Of a DNA stretch of 64,000 bases, positions 1-10,095 are shown piece after piece (positions within the stretch are counted from its first letter, which is position 1; every line of letters begins with the position of its first letter). The stretch spans positions 416,001 to 480,000 of the forward strand of contig CAVPPB010000003.1 of assembly GCA_963707215.1 (NCBI GenBank). Direction: 5' to 3'. This DNA comes from an uncultured Chloroflexia bacterium. GTDB taxonomy: Bacteria > Chloroflexota > Limnocylindria > Limnocylindrales > CSP1-4. The translations under genes were made by a program, and so were the position numbers. The notes below the pieces were generated by a model, which did not search any database, was not told the DNA's origin, and worked only from the letters and a program-made list of their open reading frames with translations.

Positions 1-570
1 CCTCGTCGCCCATCTCGGGCGCCTCGAGGACGACCGTCGTGTCGGCTGCTGCGGCGACCTCGACCTCGCTCTGGCCGGTCCCGACCGTCTCGAGGAGGAC
101 CAGATCGAAGCCGGCCGCGTCGAGCACGGCCGCCGCCGCGGTCGACGTGGCGGCCAGCCCACCGGCGTGGCCGCGAGCGGCCATCGAGCGGATGAAGACG
201 TCGCGATCGCCGGCGTAGGCCTGCATCCGGACGCGGTCGCCGAGGAGCGCGCCGCCGGTGATCGGGCTCGACGGGTCGACGGCGACGACCGCGACCGACC
301 GACCGGCGGCTCCGGACCTCGGCGATGAGCGCCGCCACGAGGGTCGATCTTGCCGGCGCCCGGCGGACCGGTGATGCCGACCAGGTGAGCGCGGCCGGCG
401 CGCGGATAGAGGCGGCGCAGCGCCTGCTCGGCCATGGCGGTCCGGTTCTCGATGGCCGTCAGCAGGCGGGCGAGGGCCCGGCGATCGCCGGCGCACGGCA
501 TCGCCGGCCGGCTGCGCGCTCGGCCGGGCCGACGCTCGGCGCGGGTCCCGGGACCGGCCGGCCCCGCCGC
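1..570 (-). CDS. meaB: Acyl-CoA mutase-associated GTPase MeaB/ArgK (runs off window edge; contains indels; start approximate)
   Basis: Manual minus-strand translation gives RALARLLTAIEN, HLVGITG..GAGK (P-loop broken by an indel), VAVDPSSPITGGALLGDRVRM, FIRSMAARG and LETVGTGQSEV, all MeaB motifs. Confidence 0.9.
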
Positions 571-579
571 ACAGCGCGG

Positions 580-996
580 CCGCCCACGCCAGTCGCGCGG
601 CGCGGACGTTGGCCCGGATGAACTCGGCGACCTCGCGAATGGTCGTGCCCGGACCGAAGACCTCGCTGATGCCCGCCGCCTTCAGGGCCGGGACGTCGTC
701 GTCGGGGATGATGCCGCCCGCCGTGACCAGGACGTCGTCGAGACCGGCCTCGCGGAGCAGCTCGGCGATCCGCGGCAGCAGGGTCATGTGGGCACCCGAC
801 AGGATCGACAGGCCCGACGACGTCGACGTCCTCCTGGAGGGCCGCGGTGGCGACCATCTCCGGGCGTCTGGCGCAGGCCGGTGTAGACGACCTCGAAGCC
901 CTCGTCGCGGAGGCCCCGGGCCAGCACCTTGGCGCCGCGGTCGTGGCCGTCGAGGCCGGGCTTGGCGATGAGCACCTTGATCGGGCGCTCGGTCAT
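580..996 (-). CDS. Cobalamin-binding small subunit of an acyl-CoA mutase (IcmB/MCM C-terminal type), frameshifted; end approximate
   Basis: [24 protein letters not shown] (DxHxxG), then [15 protein letters not shown] and [22 protein letters not shown] across three frames. Confidence 0.9.
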
Positions 997-1097
997 GGCC
1001 GGATTGTAGGCCCCGCGAGGTCCCGGGGCCACGCCGGGTCCGGGACACCCGGACGTCGGGTGGGGCAGGCCGGCCACCTTCCGTCGCCAGCGCCGGA

Positions 1098-1813
1098 TCA
1101 AGCTCCGGCGGTCGCCGATCGAGGTGGGCGAAGAACTCGGCCCGCGTCTTGTCGTTCGAACCGAAAGAGCCCGAGGACGGCCGCCGTGGTCATGACGGTG
1201 CCCGGGCTTGCGGACGCCGCGCATCGACGGCACAGAGGTGGGTCGCCTCGATGACGACACCGACGCCCTTGGGCTGGAGGTGCTCCATCAGGAAGTCGGC
1301 GATCTGCTGGGTCATCCGTTCCTGGACCTGCAGTCGCCGGGCGAACGTCTCGACGACCCGTGGGATCTTGGAGAGGCCGAGGACCTTGCCGTCCGGGATG
1401 TAGGCGACGGCTGCGGTCCCGAAGAACGGCAGCAGGTGGTGCTCGCAGAGCGAGTAGAATGGGCACATCACTGGACGACGACCATCTCGCAGTAGTCGAC
1501 GTCGAAGATCGCCTCGTTGATGAGGCGCTCCGGGTCGCACGTGATAGCCGGCCGTCAGCTCCGAGTACATCCGGTGGACGCGCTCCGGCGTCCCCCGGAG
1601 GCCCTCCCGGTCGGGATCCTCCCCGATCTCGCGGAGGATCTCGCGGACGGCCGCCTCGATCCGGCCGTTGGGCGCGGCCACGTCGGCGGACCCTTCGATC
1701 GGTACGACACGGTCGCCCTCGAGGGCCTCGACGGCATCGATCCGGGACTCGCCGATCTCGGTCTCGATCTCCTCGACGATCTCGCGGACGTGGGCGGGCA
1801 GGCGGTCGGTCAT
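1098..1813 (-). CDS. folE: GTP cyclohydrolase I, with indels
   Basis: [62 protein letters not shown]. Confidence 0.93.
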
Positions 1814-1880
1814 GGTCCTCGCTCGGGCGTGCGAATCGGATGGTACCGCGCGGCCACGGCTCCCATGCCGTGACGGGTAC

Positions 1881-2990
1881 TCAGACCTTCGAGCCGCCCT
1901 CGGCGAACCCGCCGGCCGGCTGCGGATCGTAGGGACGGCCTTCCGCGCCGCGCAGCCAGGCTCGGGCGTTCTCCCCGAGCGACGGCCGATGGTAGCCACC
2001 CTCCTGGAGGACCACGAGCCGTCGCCCCAGGGCTGCGGTCCGCCGGCCGACCTCGTGGTAGACCTCGGTCGTCAGGGCGAAGTCGCCGATCGGGTCGTGA
2101 CCGTAGGTGTCGAAGCCGAGCGAGACGACGATGACGCTGCCCGGCGTCGCGGCGATCGCCTCCAGCGCCTTGTCGACGGCCTCGAGGTACAGCTCGTTCG
2201 ACGTGCCGGCCGGCATCGGGATGTTGAGGTTGGCCCCTCGGCCCTCTCCCTCCCCGACCTCATCGGCGCGGCCCAGGAACCAGGGGTACTGGCGCTCCGG
2301 GTCAGCGTGGATCGAGACATAGAGGATGTCGCCGCGGCGCCAGAAGATCTGCTCGGTCCCGTTGCCGTGGTGGTAGTCGACGTCGAGGATGGCGACCCGC
2401 TCGCCGGTCCGTCGGGCGATCGCCTCGGCCGCGATGGCCGCGTTGTTGAAGAAGCAGTAGCCCCCGTACATGGACCGCGCAGCGTGATGGCCCGGCGGTC
2501 GGCAGAGCCCGTAGGCGGCCGCCTCACCCCCGTCGAGCACGATGTCCACGGTCGTCAGCGCGACGTCCACGCTGGCGCGCGCCGCGACGTAGGTCCCGGC
2601 CACGATCGGCGTCGACGTATCGAGTGCTCGATGGCCTGCCTGTCCGGACGACGAGGCGGCCGGGGAACGCAGCAGGCCGGGGTCCATCCCCTCGACGAGG
2701 CCGCCCACCGCGAACCCCTCCGGGATGAGCGCCGGCCGCGGCAGAAGCTCGCTCCGGAAGCGGGCCCAGGCTGACTCGAGGAACCGGACGAGGCCCTCAT
2801 CGTGGACTGCGACGATCGGCTCCTCGCCGTGCTCCGTCGGGCCGACCAGCTCGTAGCCACCATCGGCATCAAGGGCCACCCGGATCCGCTCGGCCCGCTC
2901 GGCGACCTCGTTGGCGGGCACCGCCACGCCCATGATCGTCTCGTGGGTGATGTCGTGGGCCAGGTGGACCGGCGTGTAGACGACCCGCAT
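1881..2990 (-). CDS. Histone deacetylase family protein, acetylpolyamine amidohydrolase-like
   Basis: CRPPGHHA, GGYCFFNNAAIAA, LDVDYHHGNGT, SLGFDT..DPI, QEGGY. Confidence 0.92.
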   Translation of the reverse strand: MRVVYTPVHLAHDITHETIMGVAVPANEVAERAERIRVALDADGGYELVGPTEHGEEPIVAVHDEGLVRFLESAWARFRSELLPRPALIPEGFAVGGLVEGMDPGLLRSPAASSSGQAGHRALDTSTPIVAGTYVAARASVDVALTTVDIVLDGGEAAAYGLCRPPGHHAARSMYGGYCFFNNAAIAAEAIARRTGERVAILDVDYHHGNGTEQIFWRRGDILYVSIHADPERQYPWFLGRADEVGEGEGRGANLNIPMPAGTSNELYLEAVDKALEAIAATPGSVIVVSLGFDTYGHDPIGDFALTTEVYHEVGRRTAALGRRLVVLQEGGYHRPSLGENARAWLRGAEGRPYDPQPAGGFAEGGSKV

Positions 2991-4009
2991 CAGACTCCAT
3001 CCTCCCGCTCATCTGCCGCCAGCAGGGCCGCAGCGACCTCGCGAGGACGGTAGCGCATCAGGTTGTGGCCGTCAGCGGGCCACCGCGCCAGCCGGATCGG
3101 CGGGCGGCCGAGCGCGGCCACCGCGACCGCGGTGGCCGCGAGTGCTCGGGCGTGGCTCCCGCCCTCGTCGTCGGCCGCCGCCAGGACCGTGACCGGCGCG
3201 TCGACGGCCGCCAGGACCTCGACCGGACGGTGGGCGAACATGGCCCGGACCGACGCCTCGCGGACGTGCGGATGGACCGCCGGCTCGATCCGCCCCACCG
3301 GCAGCTCGACGACCGCGGCCCGGGCGGCCCGCTCCTGGTCGGCATCCCAGGAGGCCGGGTCGTAGCCCGCTCGGTCGGCGAGATAGGACGCCATCGACCG
3401 CAGCACCTCGGGCGGCTCGTCGAGGCCACGGAGGAGCTCGTCGACGTCCAGCCCGGTGGCCACGGCTGGGTCCTCCCACCCCCCGTCCACCAGCACCAGG
3501 CCGGCGCAGCGGGATCCGATGCGGGCGGCCGTCCAGGCCGCCACGATCGCCCCGAACCCATGCCCGGCCAGGACCAGACGGTCGTCCGGACCACCGGCGC
3601 CATCCCCCATCCGCAGCAGGCCGGAACCCTCCGCGACCGCCACCATGTCCTCGGCTAGCGTGGCTCGATCGTAGCCTTCGGTCGGCGCGTCGGAGAGGCC
3701 GTGGCCGCGCAGATCGACCGCCACGACATGACGATCCCGACGCAGCCGTCGGGCGACCGGGGCCCAGGCCCAGGACGTGCCCATCAGCCCGTGGACCAGG
3801 AGGATACCCGGGCCCGGTCCGGCCGCCGTGGGCGCGCCCCAATCGAGGAAGTGCAGCCGATCAGTCTCGCCGACGACGACCAGGAACCCCTCCGGCTCGG
3901 CTGCCGCGTCGGGCGGCCCGACCCGCTCGAACGGGAGTCGCGCCGGGGCAAGCCCTGATGGGAGCTGGCCGCTCGGCCCTGAGGCAGGTCCCTTCGACGG
4001 GAGGTTCAC
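2990..4009 (-). CDS. Alpha/beta hydrolase fold protein (nucleophile Ser absent)
   Basis: LLVHGL, DLRGHGLSD, AGHGFGA elbow, C-terminal DGHN. Its stop overlaps the start of the deacetylase gene. Confidence 0.85.
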   Translation of the reverse strand: MNLPSKGPASGPSGQLPSGLAPARLPFERVGPPDAAAEPEGFLVVVGETDRLHFLDWGAPTAAGPGPGILLVHGLMGTSWAWAPVARRLRRDRHVVAVDLRGHGLSDAPTEGYDRATLAEDMVAVAEGSGLLRMGDGAGGPDDRLVLAGHGFGAIVAAWTAARIGSRCAGLVLVDGGWEDPAVATGLDVDELLRGLDEPPEVLRSMASYLADRAGYDPASWDADQERAARAAVVELPVGRIEPAVHPHVREASVRAMFAHRPVEVLAAVDAPVTVLAAADDEGGSHARALAATAVAVAALGRPPIRLARWPADGHNLMRYRPREVAAALLAADEREDGV

Positions 4010-4029
4010 CCGGCTAGCATACGGACGCC

Positions 4030-4440
4030 ATGGCCAAGCGCCGCCGAGGAGCCCGCAGCGGGCGCCCGTTCCCGACCCGCCACCTCCGCTTCGAGCGGCT
4101 CGTCGAGCGAGCGCTGGCGGGCATCCCGATGCCGTTCGCCGCCGCCCTCGACGAGATCGCGATCGTCATCGAGGACGAGCCGTCCGCCGAGCAGCGCCGT
4201 ACCAACGACCTGGGGCCGGACGACACGCTCTATGGGCTCTACGAGGGCGTCCCGAAGACCGAGTGGGCGGCTGACTGGGTCATCGCGCCGAACAAGATCA
4301 CCCTCTTCCGGCTGCCGCTCGAGGCCGACTTCCCCGACCCCGACGACCTCGCCGACGAGGTCGCCATCACCGTCATCCACGAGCTCGCCCACCACCTGGG
4401 CATCGACGACGACCGGCTCGAGGGCTTCGGCCTGGACTGA
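4030..4440 (+). CDS. Zincin-like minimal metallopeptidase (DUF1025 type)
   Basis: LYGLYEGVP, PNKITLFR.PL, TVIHELAHHLGIDDDRL (HExxH). Confidence 0.9.
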   Translation: MAKRRRGARSGRPFPTRHLRFERLVERALAGIPMPFAAALDEIAIVIEDEPSAEQRRTNDLGPDDTLYGLYEGVPKTEWAADWVIAPNKITLFRLPLEADFPDPDDLADEVAITVIHELAHHLGIDDDRLEGFGLD

Positions 4441-4489
4441 CCCGCGCGCCCGACGGCCGCGGATCGAGTGCCGCCTGGTGGTCTCCCCG

Positions 4490-5368
4490 CTACTCGACGG
4501 CGGCCCCCAGCAAGGCACCCCGCGACAGCTGTCGCTGGAGCAGGGCGACGATGATCACGACCGGGAAGGTCATCAGCAGGGCGTGGGCGGCGAGGGGTCC
4601 CCACTCGTACGAGAAGACCCCGGTCTGCGCGCTGGCGAGGATCATCGCCAGGGTCAGGTTCTCCTCCGAGCTGGCGAACAGCCAGGCGATCGCCGACTCG
4701 CTGTAGGCGAGCAGGAAGGCGATGAGCGCCGCGACCAGGATCGGCGGCACGGCGATCGGCAGGGTGATCCGCCGGAAGGTCGTCCAACGGCTCGCACCCT
4801 CCAGGAAGGCGGCCTCCTCGAGCTCGTTCGGGACGCCCCGGAAGGCCGACCGCATGAGCCAGATGAGGAGGGGCATCGAGAAGGCCGCGTAGAGGAGGGC
4901 CAGGGCCGTCGTCGAGCCGCGGAAGCCAACGTCGCGGAGGAGCGGGAAGAGGGTCTCGAGCCAGAGGAAGAGCATGAACAGCGGCGTCGCGAGGGCGATG
5001 AGCGGCAGGAACGCGCCGACCAGGATCCCGAACATGCCGACCGAGGCGCCGGGGAAGCGCAAGCGGGCGAACGCGTAGGCCATGGTCGCGCCGAAGAGCA
5101 GGCTGATGCCGGCGGCGCCCAGCGAGACGTAGAGCGAGTTCCGGAGGAGGCCGAGGAAGTCGAGGGCCCGGCCCGGCCGCGTCCAGGCCTCGATGAGCTT
5201 GTCCGCCGTCGGCTCCTTCGGCCAGAGCGCGAACTCGCGCGGTGCCGTCAGGAACGAGCCGTCGATGGCCAGGAGGACGAGCACCCAAACGGGCGCCAGC
5301 ACGACGATGGCCACGCCCACGAGGATGAGCTGGGTGACGAGCTGGTTCCGGCGGCGGATGCGTCCCAT
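4490..5368 (-). CDS. Carbohydrate ABC transporter permease (MalG-like)
   Basis: NSLYVS, AYAFARLRFPG, EAA loop ELEEAAFLEGASRWTTFRRITLP, about 6 TM segments. Confidence 0.92.
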   Translation of the reverse strand: MGRIRRRNQLVTQLILVGVAIVVLAPVWVLVLLAIDGSFLTAPREFALWPKEPTADKLIEAWTRPGRALDFLGLLRNSLYVSLGAAGISLLFGATMAYAFARLRFPGASVGMFGILVGAFLPLIALATPLFMLFLWLETLFPLLRDVGFRGSTTALALLYAAFSMPLLIWLMRSAFRGVPNELEEAAFLEGASRWTTFRRITLPIAVPPILVAALIAFLLAYSESAIAWLFASSEENLTLAMILASAQTGVFSYEWGPLAAHALLMTFPVVIIVALLQRQLSRGALLGAAVE

Positions 5369-5374
5369 GGCGCC

Positions 5375-7551
5375 CTACGCGTAAGCCACCCGCTCGACAC
5401 GCTCGCGCCAGGCCAGGAACCAGGCGACGAGGATGCCGAGGGCGACGATGGTGAGGACGTTGAGCGCGGCCGAGACCGCGAACCAGCCAGGACCGGACGA
5501 GTAGTCGAAGATGAAGTACGAGAAGGTCGCCATCGTGACCATCCCTCCAGGCAGCTGGTCGAGGAGGGCGAAGAACAGGTAGAACTGGTTGAAGGCGGCG
5601 ATCCCCCGGATGACCATGGCCGGGATCAGCAGCGGCAGCAGCAGCGGCAGGATCACCGACCGGATCCGAGCCCAGGGGCCGGCGCCGTCGATCGCGGCCG
5701 CCTCGACCGCGCTCCTGGGCACGGCCTGGAGGCCGGCCGTGGCGACGAGCATGAAGAGCGGGAAGCCCATCCAGGTCGACGCCAGCAGGAGCAGGACCAG
5801 CGAGACCTCCGGGCTCCCCGGCCAGGGGATCGGCTGCCCGACGGCGAGGGCCAGGTAGCCTCGCTCCGGGTGGAGGATCGTCCGCCAGGCGACAGCGCCC
5901 GACGAACTCGGGGATGGCCCAGGGCAACACGAACAGGACCCGCCAGGCGTTGGCGAAGCGGACCCCCGGCCGGGCCAGCAGGAGGGCGATCCCGACCCCG
6001 ACGATGGCGGCCAGGAGCACCGACAGGCTGGCCCACAGGATCGAGAAGGCCGGGAAGGCCGCCGTCGTCTGGTCACCCAGCCAGAAGCCGCGGGTGATGC
6101 CGGCAAGCAGGTCGCCACCGACGTAGCGGACCTCGGTGCTCGAGCTCTCTGGCGACCAGGTCGCCGGCTCGATGGATCCGGTGAGGCCGCCGACCACCTC
6201 TCGGAGGACCCCGCCGTTGAGCCCATCGCGGAGCGAGGTGCTGCTGAAGTCGGTCGGCCGACATCGCCACTTCGTAGGCGAGCGGGATCGCGACGAGGAT
6301 CGAGAGGGCCGCGATCCCGGGCAACAGCCACGGGGCGGCTTCGCGGAGCCTCCTGGGACCGCCACCGGACGCCGCCCGCCTGGATCGCCCGGCCCGCAAC
6401 CCCCCGACCCAGCGGCCGATGGGCTCCAGGACGGCCGAGCGGAGGCCCAGCGCGGCCGCCACCGAGAGCGGGATCGAGAGCAGGAGCAGGTACTGCGGCC
6501 ACTTGGTCGGCCAGACGAGCAGGAAGGCGAGCGCCAGCCCGAGCCAGACCGCCATGAGCCGGTGCTCACGCCAGAGCCTCGCCAGGCCGAGCAGCGCGAA
6601 GACGGTGATGAACAGGTCCACACCCAGCGGGAAGGTCCCTGACGGATGGAACGGCACGGACCCGGATAGCCACACCAGCGGCTGCCAGGACGGCCAGCCC
6701 GTCGCGGCGACCGCCTCGCTGCCCGCGTAGCCGACGTGGAAGGCGAGCGAGTCGCCGAGTCGCCCGATCGGGTCGGGCCAGATGTAGGGGTTGCCCAGCA
6801 GGAAGAAGCCGAACGACAGCGCCAGCCAGCCGAGCTTCGGCACGAGCCAGCGACCGATCCCCCGGGGATCCATCCAGCCGGTCGGCCGGGTCGCCCAGAG
6901 CCACACGACGAGGATCGCGATCCCGGCGACCCCGTACATGTACTTGCCCGCGCAGGCGAGCCCGAAGCCGGCAGCCGCGAGGACCCACCAGCGAGCCGGT
7001 CGGGGGCTGCGCATCGCCCGCGTCGCTGCCAGGATCGCCACCAGGCTCAGGGCCGCGGGGACGGCCTCCAGCATGACCTGGCTCGTGTACTTCACGGTCC
7101 AGGTGTGGACCCCCAGCACGAGCCCGGCGATCGGCGAGACGAGCGCCAGGAGCAGCGCGGCGGCCGCGCCGAAGAGCGCCTGGAGGTCGCGGGCGACGGT
7201 GAAGTGCGGCTCGGGCAGCGATCCCGCCGGGGCGGCTGTCGTGGGCAGGTCCGGGACCAGCGGCGCAGGCTCGAGGGGCGTGATCGCCAGGCCGGTCAGG
7301 ATCTTCGTGAGCGGCGGGTGCTCGGGGCGGTAGTTCTCGCGGAAGAGGACCGTGGGGTCGCCGGCCTGGAACCCCTCGGCGTAGAGCTGGCCGGCCCGCA
7401 GGTAGTCGTCCTCGTCGAAGTCGATCGGCAGCCGGTCGACCGCGCCGAGACGTACCCACAGGGCCAGGATCGCCACCGCGACCGCGATCCCGATGCGGAC
7501 GGCCACCACGCTCCAGGTCGGCCACGACCCGGGCTGCGTGAGGACCCTCAC
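5375..7551 (-). CDS. Fusion of a PMT/ArnT-like GT-C membrane glycosyltransferase (N-terminal) and a MalF-like carbohydrate ABC permease (C-terminal); indels near 6255 and 5897
   Basis: N part: PIDFDEDDY, EHPPLTK, many TMs, GLACAGKY, NPYIW, KWPQY. The same frame continues into WLLPG..VAIPLAYEVAMS. After indels: TDF, GVGIALLL, LFVLPWAIP and EAAAIDGAGPWARIRSVILPLL. Confidence 0.75.
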
Positions 7552-8570
7552 CGGTCGGGCACCGGGGCAGCGCCTGCGAGCAGCTCGCCGAGCCTGGAGA
7601 CGTCGACGTTGCCACCGGACAGGACCGCCGCCACCTGCTCGCCGTCACGGACGACGACCCGGCCGTACAGCAGGGCCGCCAGGGCGGCCGCCCCGGCCGG
7701 CTCCAGGATCTGCTTGAGCCGCTCGACAGCGAAGCGCAGGCCCCCCAGGACCTCGTCGTCGGGGATGCGGACGACCGCGTCGAGATAGCGGGCGCACAAC
7801 GGCAGGGTCCAGAACCCGGCCTGGGCGGCCCCGAGCCCGTCCGCGACGCTGCGGGGCTCGATCCGGACCGGTCGCCCCGCCTGTAGAGCACGGGCCATGG
7901 CGTCCGACGTGTCCGGTTCGACGCCGATCACGCGGACCGCCGGGCGGCGCTCCTTGAGCGCGGCCGCGACACCGGCGATGAGGCCACCGCCGCCGATGGG
8001 GACGACGACCAGATCGACCTCGGGCAGGTCCTCGAGCAGCTCCAGGCCGACGGACCCGTTGCCCGCGATGACGTCCGGGTCGTCGTAGGGGTGGCAGACC
8101 ACGCGACCCCGCTCGGCGGCGAGGCGCTCCATCTCCGTTGCCGCCTCGCCGAAGTGCTCGCCGTGGTGGACGACCGTCGCCCCGTAGCCGCGACAGGCAT
8201 CGACCTTGGATGGGTTGGCGACCCTGGGAACCACCACGGTCGCCGCCACGCCCCACTCTCGAGCGGCCCATGCGTACGCCTGCCCGGCGTTCCCGGCCGA
8301 GGCCGTGACGATGCCGGCCGCCCGGGACCGCGCATCGAGGGCCACGACGCGGCTGGAGGCGGCCCGGGCCTTGAACGAGCCTGTCGTCTGGAGGTGCTCG
8401 GCCTTGAGCCAGACCCGGCCGTCGCGGATCGAGCTCCCGGACGCGTGCTCCACGACCCGGCCGGCCGTCCGCGAGGAGAGCAGGGGCGTGCGCTGCACGT
8501 GACCGTCGATGGCCGATCGGGCGGCCACGATCCGGTCGAGCGTGACCGAGGGAAGGCCGGGCTTGGTCAT
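7548..8570 (-). CDS. PLP-dependent threonine/serine dehydratase (serine racemase family)
   Basis: LKAEHLQTTGSFKAR, ASAGN, HPYDD, VPIGGGGL, EPAGAA, LSGGNVD. Confidence 0.92.
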   Translation of the reverse strand: MTKPGLPSVTLDRIVAARSAIDGHVQRTPLLSSRTAGRVVEHASGSSIRDGRVWLKAEHLQTTGSFKARAASSRVVALDARSRAAGIVTASAGNAGQAYAWAAREWGVAATVVVPRVANPSKVDACRGYGATVVHHGEHFGEAATEMERLAAERGRVVCHPYDDPDVIAGNGSVGLELLEDLPEVDLVVVPIGGGGLIAGVAAALKERRPAVRVIGVEPDTSDAMARALQAGRPVRIEPRSVADGLGAAQAGFWTLPLCARYLDAVVRIPDDEVLGGLRFAVERLKQILEPAGAAALAALLYGRVVVRDGEQVAAVLSGGNVDVSRLGELLAGAAPVPDR

Positions 8571-8764
8571 CGATCGTCAGTCTGGCTCTGGGTCCCGCTG
8601 GACCATCGATCGGCGCCGGCAGTGCAGCGGGTCACCGGGCGAGTATCGCAGGTCGCGGGTCGCACGCTGGAGCCTGTGCGAACCGCCGCATCCGGTCCGG
8701 GCCAGGCGAGCTCGTCGGGCCGCCCGCCCTCCCAGGCCGCGGCCATCCACGTGACGCCCGATGA

Positions 8765-8793
8765 TTGCGTGTTTGCGCAAGTAGTGATATGGT
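8765..8793 (+). promoter_or_regulatory. Sigma70-type promoter for a leaderless arsR-trxA transcript, overlapping a TTGCG-N6-CGCAA inverted repeat
   Basis: TTGCGT(8765-70)-17 nt-TATGGT(8788-93) with TGn extension, then 6 nt to ATG 8800. Confidence 0.65.
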
Positions 8794-8799
8794 TCGACG

Positions 8800-9096
8800 A
8801 TGCTGGACACGGGCACCTTCACTCGACCTGATCGGCAGCGGGAGGCGGCCATCGGCCGGGCCCTCGCCGATCCGAAGCGCCTCTGCGTGCTGGAGTCGCT
8901 CGCCATCGGCGAGCTCTCGGTCAGCGAGCTCTCCGGGCGGGTCGGCTGCCAGGTCCCGAACATGAGCCAGCATCTGGCGGTCCTCCGCAGCGCCGGGCTG
9001 GTGACATCCCGACGCGAGGGGAACACCGTCCTCTACCGTCTCGCGGACCCGTCGGTCCTCGAGGCCTACCGGATCATCCAGCAGCTCGCCCGCTAG
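8800..9096 (+). CDS. ArsR/SmtB family transcriptional regulator
   Basis: ALADPKRL, ELSVSEL, NMSQHLAVLRSAGLVTSRREGNTVLYRL. Confidence 0.92.
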   Translation: MLDTGTFTRPDRQREAAIGRALADPKRLCVLESLAIGELSVSELSGRVGCQVPNMSQHLAVLRSAGLVTSRREGNTVLYRLADPSVLEAYRIIQQLAR

Positions 9097-9140
9097 CCGG
9101 GCGACACCGACGACCCGCGTGGAGCGGGAGAAAGGGACCG

Positions 9141-9488
9141 ATGGCCGAGATCAAGCAGGCGACCGACACGACGTTCGAGGAGCTCGTCCTCAAGAACGAC
9201 CGGCCGGTCGTCGTGGACTTCTGGGCCGCCTGGTGCGGGCCGTGCAAGCTCGTTGCGCCCGAGATGGAGAAGATCGCCGAGAAGTACGACGGCTCGGTCG
9301 ACGTCGTCAAGGTCGACGTCGATGCGAACCCGGGTCTCTCGCAGGCCTTCAACATCATGAGCATCCCCACGATCGCCTTCTTCGCGCCGGGCCAGCAGCC
9401 CAAGGGCGTGGTCGGCTTCCGCCCCATGGAGCAGCTCGAGCAGGCCTTCGGCCTGGCCGAGTTCAGCAAACCAGCCGCCCAGGCCTGA
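9141..9488 (+). CDS. trxA: Thioredoxin
   Basis: VVVDFWAAWCGPCK, IMSIPT. Confidence 0.95.
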   Translation: MAEIKQATDTTFEELVLKNDRPVVVDFWAAWCGPCKLVAPEMEKIAEKYDGSVDVVKVDVDANPGLSQAFNIMSIPTIAFFAPGQQPKGVVGFRPMEQLEQAFGLAEFSKPAAQA

Positions 9489-9505
9489 ACGACCGACCCC
9501 GACCG

Positions 9506-9539
9506 AGAACCCCGACCGGGTCCCGGTCGGGGTTCTTTC
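9506..9539 (+). terminator. Intrinsic terminator hairpin after trxA (possibly bidirectional)
   Basis: AGAACCCCGACCGGG / CCCGGTCGGGGTTCT inverted repeat followed by TT, between convergent genes. Confidence 0.75.
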
Positions 9540-9568
9540 CTGTCGGAGCGAAACGCGGGCCGGCTCGG

Positions 9569-10045
9569 TCAGCCGGCCGCAGCCAGGATGGCCTGCAGGT
9601 CCGGCAGGTGCTCCTCGTAGTGCTCGAGGGTCTCGGCTACCAGCGACCCCATGTGAAGAGGGTGCTTCACCCAGCGCGTCTCCGGCACCACCGTCAGGTA
9701 CCCGCGCAGCTCGCCGGGCGACGTGGCGAAGCGGCGGCGGAGCTCCTCGCGCGGAAGCGCGAGGTAGGTCGCCAGCAACTCGTCGTTCAGGCGGTCGCCC
9801 TTCTCCTCCCACTCGGCGTCGAGTCGCGCCAGGGTCGGGCTGGTCTCGCCGACCGCCAGCTCCCTGGCCATCTCGAGCGAGGATTCCTGCCAGGCCAGCA
9901 TATGGGCCATGAGGTCCGCGCCCGACCAGCCGTGGGCCCCGTCGACCGGGATCGCCAGCTGCTCGTCGTCCAGGTCGGCCAGGGCCTCGTAGGGCCGCCA
10001 GGCCTCCCGCTCTTCCTCCAGGAAGGACATGCCGTCGAGGAACAT
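9569..10045 (-). CDS. DinB/YfiT-like four-helix bundle protein (ClbS/DfsB-like)
   Basis: GWSGADLMAHMLAWQE near the N-terminus and HYEEH at the C-terminus. Confidence 0.7.
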   Translation of the reverse strand: MFLDGMSFLEEEREAWRPYEALADLDDEQLAIPVDGAHGWSGADLMAHMLAWQESSLEMARELAVGETSPTLARLDAEWEEKGDRLNDELLATYLALPREELRRRFATSPGELRGYLTVVPETRWVKHPLHMGSLVAETLEHYEEHLPDLQAILAAAG

Positions 10046-10095
10046 GGCGGGAGCATAGCCGTGCGACCGCTGGGCCGTCTGGTAGAGTCCGCGCC

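Noticed and set aside
1-1600. Frameshifts in meaB, the mutase small subunit and folE as pseudogenes or programmed frameshifting
   Set aside because: Several single-base indels in conserved genes with intact motifs, clustered by region; best explained as long-read consensus errors.
4232-6623. Long antisense and alternate-frame ORFs here and throughout the window
   Set aside because: Arg/Pro/Gly-rich shadow ORFs expected from stop-codon scarcity at very high GC content.
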